Assembly (NCBI RefSeq): GCF_004010195.1
Contig: NC_057711.1
Coordinates: 81,655,238 to 81,719,237, forward strand
Length of the DNA: 64,000 bases
From: Chiloscyllium plagiosum
Taxonomy: Eukaryota
Direction of reading: 5' to 3'
The notes under the pieces are model-generated. The model saw only the letters and a list, made by a program, of their open reading frames with translations. It made no database searches and was not told the DNA's origin. Within the stretch, counting starts at the first letter, position 1, and each line of letters opens with the position of its first letter. Positions 60,800-64,000 of the stretch are shown here, in pieces. A program made the position numbers and the translations under genes.

Positions 60800-61182
60800 A
60801 CTAAAAATAACAAATGCTGATGATCACAGTGGGTCAGATAGCATCCACGGAGAGACAGCAAGTCCAGATAACTCTTACTTCAGCCCTGATGAAGGGACAC
60901 CTGTACTTGAAATGTTAACTTGCTGTCTCTCCATGGACACCATCTGACCTGCTGTGATCTCCAGCATTTGTTGTTTTCAGTACAGATTCCAGCAACTGCA
61001 GTAATTCGCTCCTAAACATTGAAAGTTGGTATTGAATCCATGACTTTGGAGTCATAATGCAGGAGCAAATGACTACAGATGCTGGAATCTATACTGAAAA
61101 CAAAAGATGCTGGAAATCACAGCTGGTCAGGCAGCATCCGTGGAGAGAGAGCACGCGAACATTTCATGTCAAGATGACTCTG
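60800..61182. mobile_element. Family-D-like fold-back element (60800-61012) followed by an inverted solo copy (61060-61182)
   Basis: Arms AACAAATGCTG...GGAGAGACAGCAAGT / ACTTGCTGTCTCTCC...CAGCATTTGTT; CTGATGAAGGG...GAAATGTT relic; tail CAGATTCCAGCAACTGCAGTAATT. Confidence 0.75.
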
Positions 61183-63099
61183 ATAGCATCAACAGCATCA
61201 CCAACAGAGCAAAATCAACAAGTGACACAACATTAATAACATGAAGTAAGACTCCTACAGCACCTGGATTAACACACAGCATCGCCTTTGCAGGGTGCTG
61301 AGTCATCACTGTAAGTGATGAATACCAAATCTACAAGATGGAGGCACATGCTTATCGATGAAATTATACTGAGAATAATATTAGAGAAAATAAAACAAGC
61401 TTTAACAGACTCTAAAGGTGCTCAGTTTCACTCTAAAAGCAAATTATTATAGCATCTGAGTTTTTCTGACACTTTGTGTTCAGATTTCAGGTTTCCAGCT
61501 TCCGTAGTTCTTTGTTTTTATTTTAACAACAGAGTTGTTTAATGAGATAAATGGTGTTATATCTCTTGGTTCCCATAATATGTTCCATGCACTCATTTGA
61601 CTCAAAATGCTGAAGCTACATGAAGTGAATTGATTTTAAGTCTCCAAGTAGCTGGTTGACTGATAGGCATTGTAACTTGGCATATGACTGCAGTGTGGCA
61701 GTAATTTGTAGCACCCTGGGATGTATACACTCATAACAATTAGTATAGTAATACAACATCAGCCCTTTTAGAAATAGGCCTCACTCTCAATATAATTAGT
61801 CTGTTCATTAATTCTTTAAATATTAGCTAAAGATTAATAATTTGTTTCTACAACTAGCCCAAACATCATTAGACTCTGTTAAAGGTTGTTTTATTTTTTT
61901 TAGGTGTAATTCTTGGTACAAAAAGGAAATATTCAATATGTTCTGTCTCAATTTCGTTTCTTTCATATTACCATTATTATTAACAAATCTTGCATTGCAG
62001 GTGGAGGTCAGGTTTTCCCTTTCTATATGGCTTATGTGCCCAACACTGAACTAGGGAACAAAACTGTGATTACAATCTTCAGCAGTTGTATTCTGCAATA
62101 ACAGTTCTAGTTCTGTTCATAATGTTCCTTGGCTGAGTACAAACAAGGCTTGCAGTATTCAGCTACGTATCCATTACGTAACATTCAGTAGCTGACAGTT
62201 TTTGGGGAGCATGCCTAAAGCTTTCCTGAATGCACTAGCTGCTTGGCACAGGTATGTACACATTTTTATAATGGAATGAATAGTGAAAAGAATGTAACTC
62301 CTTATTCTAACTAGCTTAGTAAAAGCTAAGCATATAAGCATGAAATTCTATCAGTCAGAGTCTGGAGTTTATTCTATATTGGTGACATTCTGTATTTCAT
62401 GAATATGATAATACAATATAATCTAAATGACGAATTAAAAGTGTAACAACTATAATAAGTTCACAGTTCTCTCATCAATTAGCTTTTAAATTACTATATT
62501 TCCATCTAATTTTGATAATCTTAATTTGTTATAAAACATCCCCTGGACTCTAGCAATAAGTTGACAAATGCTGGTTGATCAACAATGAGTGGCTCATTCC
62601 TGAAATCGTAAATGTCTATTTACCTCAGGTGTATGCTGTAATCCTCACTATTCAGCTGACTGTGCATTTCTTACTCTTTCATTGGATGTGAATATCACTG
62701 AGGCCAATATTTATTACCCAATTCTATTGTCTTTAATAAAGTTGTGGTGAATTTGAGAGTGTTCCAGGCTTTTGATCCAGCAATGATGAAGACACAGCAG
62801 TACAATTTCAAGCAAAATATGTGATTATAAAAATCTTGTAAAAGATCAAGTCTAGTTCCTATCTATCTGTTCCCTTTGTCAATTTTGATGATAGTCATGG
62901 GTTTAGAAAATGTACCAGCTCACCAAGGTGTTAACAACACCACTCTAATCCATGACCACTAGCATTCAACAATATTGCAGGAATATATTCCACTTCAAAT
63001 TCCATTTCAAGTCCACACAATTAGATCCCAGGAAATATAACAATTCTCTCATTATCATTCTGAAATTTCCAACATAACATCAATGCAAGAACTTGCACC

Positions 63100-63414
63100 G
63101 GGGCGGCATGGTGGCACACTGCTGCCTCACAGCGCCAGAGACCTGGGTTCAAATCCCGCCTCGGGCAACTGTCTGTGTGGAGTTTGTACATTCTCCCCGT
63201 GTCTGCGTGGGTTTCCTCTGGGTGCTCCGGTTTCCTCCCACAGTCTAAAGATGTACAGGTCAGGTGAATTGGCCATGCTAAATTGCCCATAGTGTTAGGT
63301 GAAGGGGTAAACGTAGGGGAATGGGTTTGGGTTGGTTGCTCTTCGGAGGGTCAGTGTGGACTTGTTGGGCGGAAGGGCCTGTTTCCACACTGTAAGTAAT
63401 CTAATCTAACCTAA
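63100..63414 (+). mobile_element. HE1 SINE
   Basis: Collinear with the other HE1 copies, with a short deletion in the head; TAATCTAATCTAA tail. Confidence 0.92.
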
Positions 63415-64000
63415 AAACTTCAACTTAACAAGGACATCTGCAACTTTAAACAATGGAGTTTGAGTAATAAATGTTGCTTGCATTAAATCTCTGGAGAGTC
63501 TCTTCTTTTATTCCATGTCTCCAATATAGTTCTATACTTGAAGGTTACTTCATTGGCTGAAAAAACAAGCTTCACGATATTCTAAAATAGGAAAGTAAAT
63601 TTATAAATGCACTTGTAATAGGTGCATAATTATGAGATCTTCCTCACTGTGAATTTGATGCTTTCATCCATTCAATCCCAGATTCAAATCGAAATCTTCT
63701 GAAGATCGTTCCTGAGAATGACGCATCCACTTTCAAAATCATAACCTGTTACCACTCAGATTCCTTTTCCCTTGTTAATATTCCATATCTACTTGGTGGT
63801 TTGCAGCACAGCAATGGGATATTTGAACACTCTATATAAAGCCTCATGTTTGCAGAAAATACTAATTGGAATGCACAAAATCAAAGTGATTTATAAAAGG
63901 AAAATCACATAATGAAAAGGAAGCTTTAGAAAAAATGCGCAAGATTAAAGTACATGAATTGGTGATAATATACTGAAATAGCTGGAGAATTGGTTTGCAG

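Noticed and set aside
1..64000. CRISPR arrays, operons or other prokaryotic systems
   Set aside because: Sequence is spliced vertebrate genomic DNA with no regularly spaced repeat-spacer arrays.
55000..64000. Exons of a neighbouring gene upstream of RASEF
   Set aside because: No ORF with recognisable protein similarity and paired splice signals outside the transposon relics.

Overview
Eukaryotic, repeat-rich vertebrate DNA, almost certainly from a cartilaginous fish. The evidence is HE1/V-SINE-type SINEs with (CTAAT)n tails and CR1/HER1-type LINE ends; a bamboo/carpet shark is plausible but is inference only. The only host gene I can support is RASEF (RAB45) on the minus strand. Nine coding exons run from the ATG at 42174 down to 4807 (1073 nt, about 357 codons: EF-hand pair plus coiled coil). 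All splice phases are consistent, and exon 9 probably ends at a GC donor. The Rab GTPase exons lie beyond position 1. A 500-N scaffold gap sits in intron 1. The rest is a fossil record of mobile DNA: CR1, L2, Rex1-like, RTE and Tx1 LINEs, several SINE families, a decayed Harbinger element, a Gypsy pol relic and a TA-flanked MITE. The most notable signal is about 20 short Penelope-like (PLE) derivatives in at least four sequence families. They carry minimal hammerhead-ribozyme motifs (CUGANGA-stem II-GAAA-palindromic ACGU/AGCU), often form fold-back hairpins with a one-sided ~30-50 nt tail, and mostly have 11-16 bp target-site duplications. They include a head-to-head twin insertion with two separate TSDs just upstream of RASEF. 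Nearly all ORFs in the supplied track are spurious or repeat-derived. All homology calls are from remembered family motifs, not database searches.
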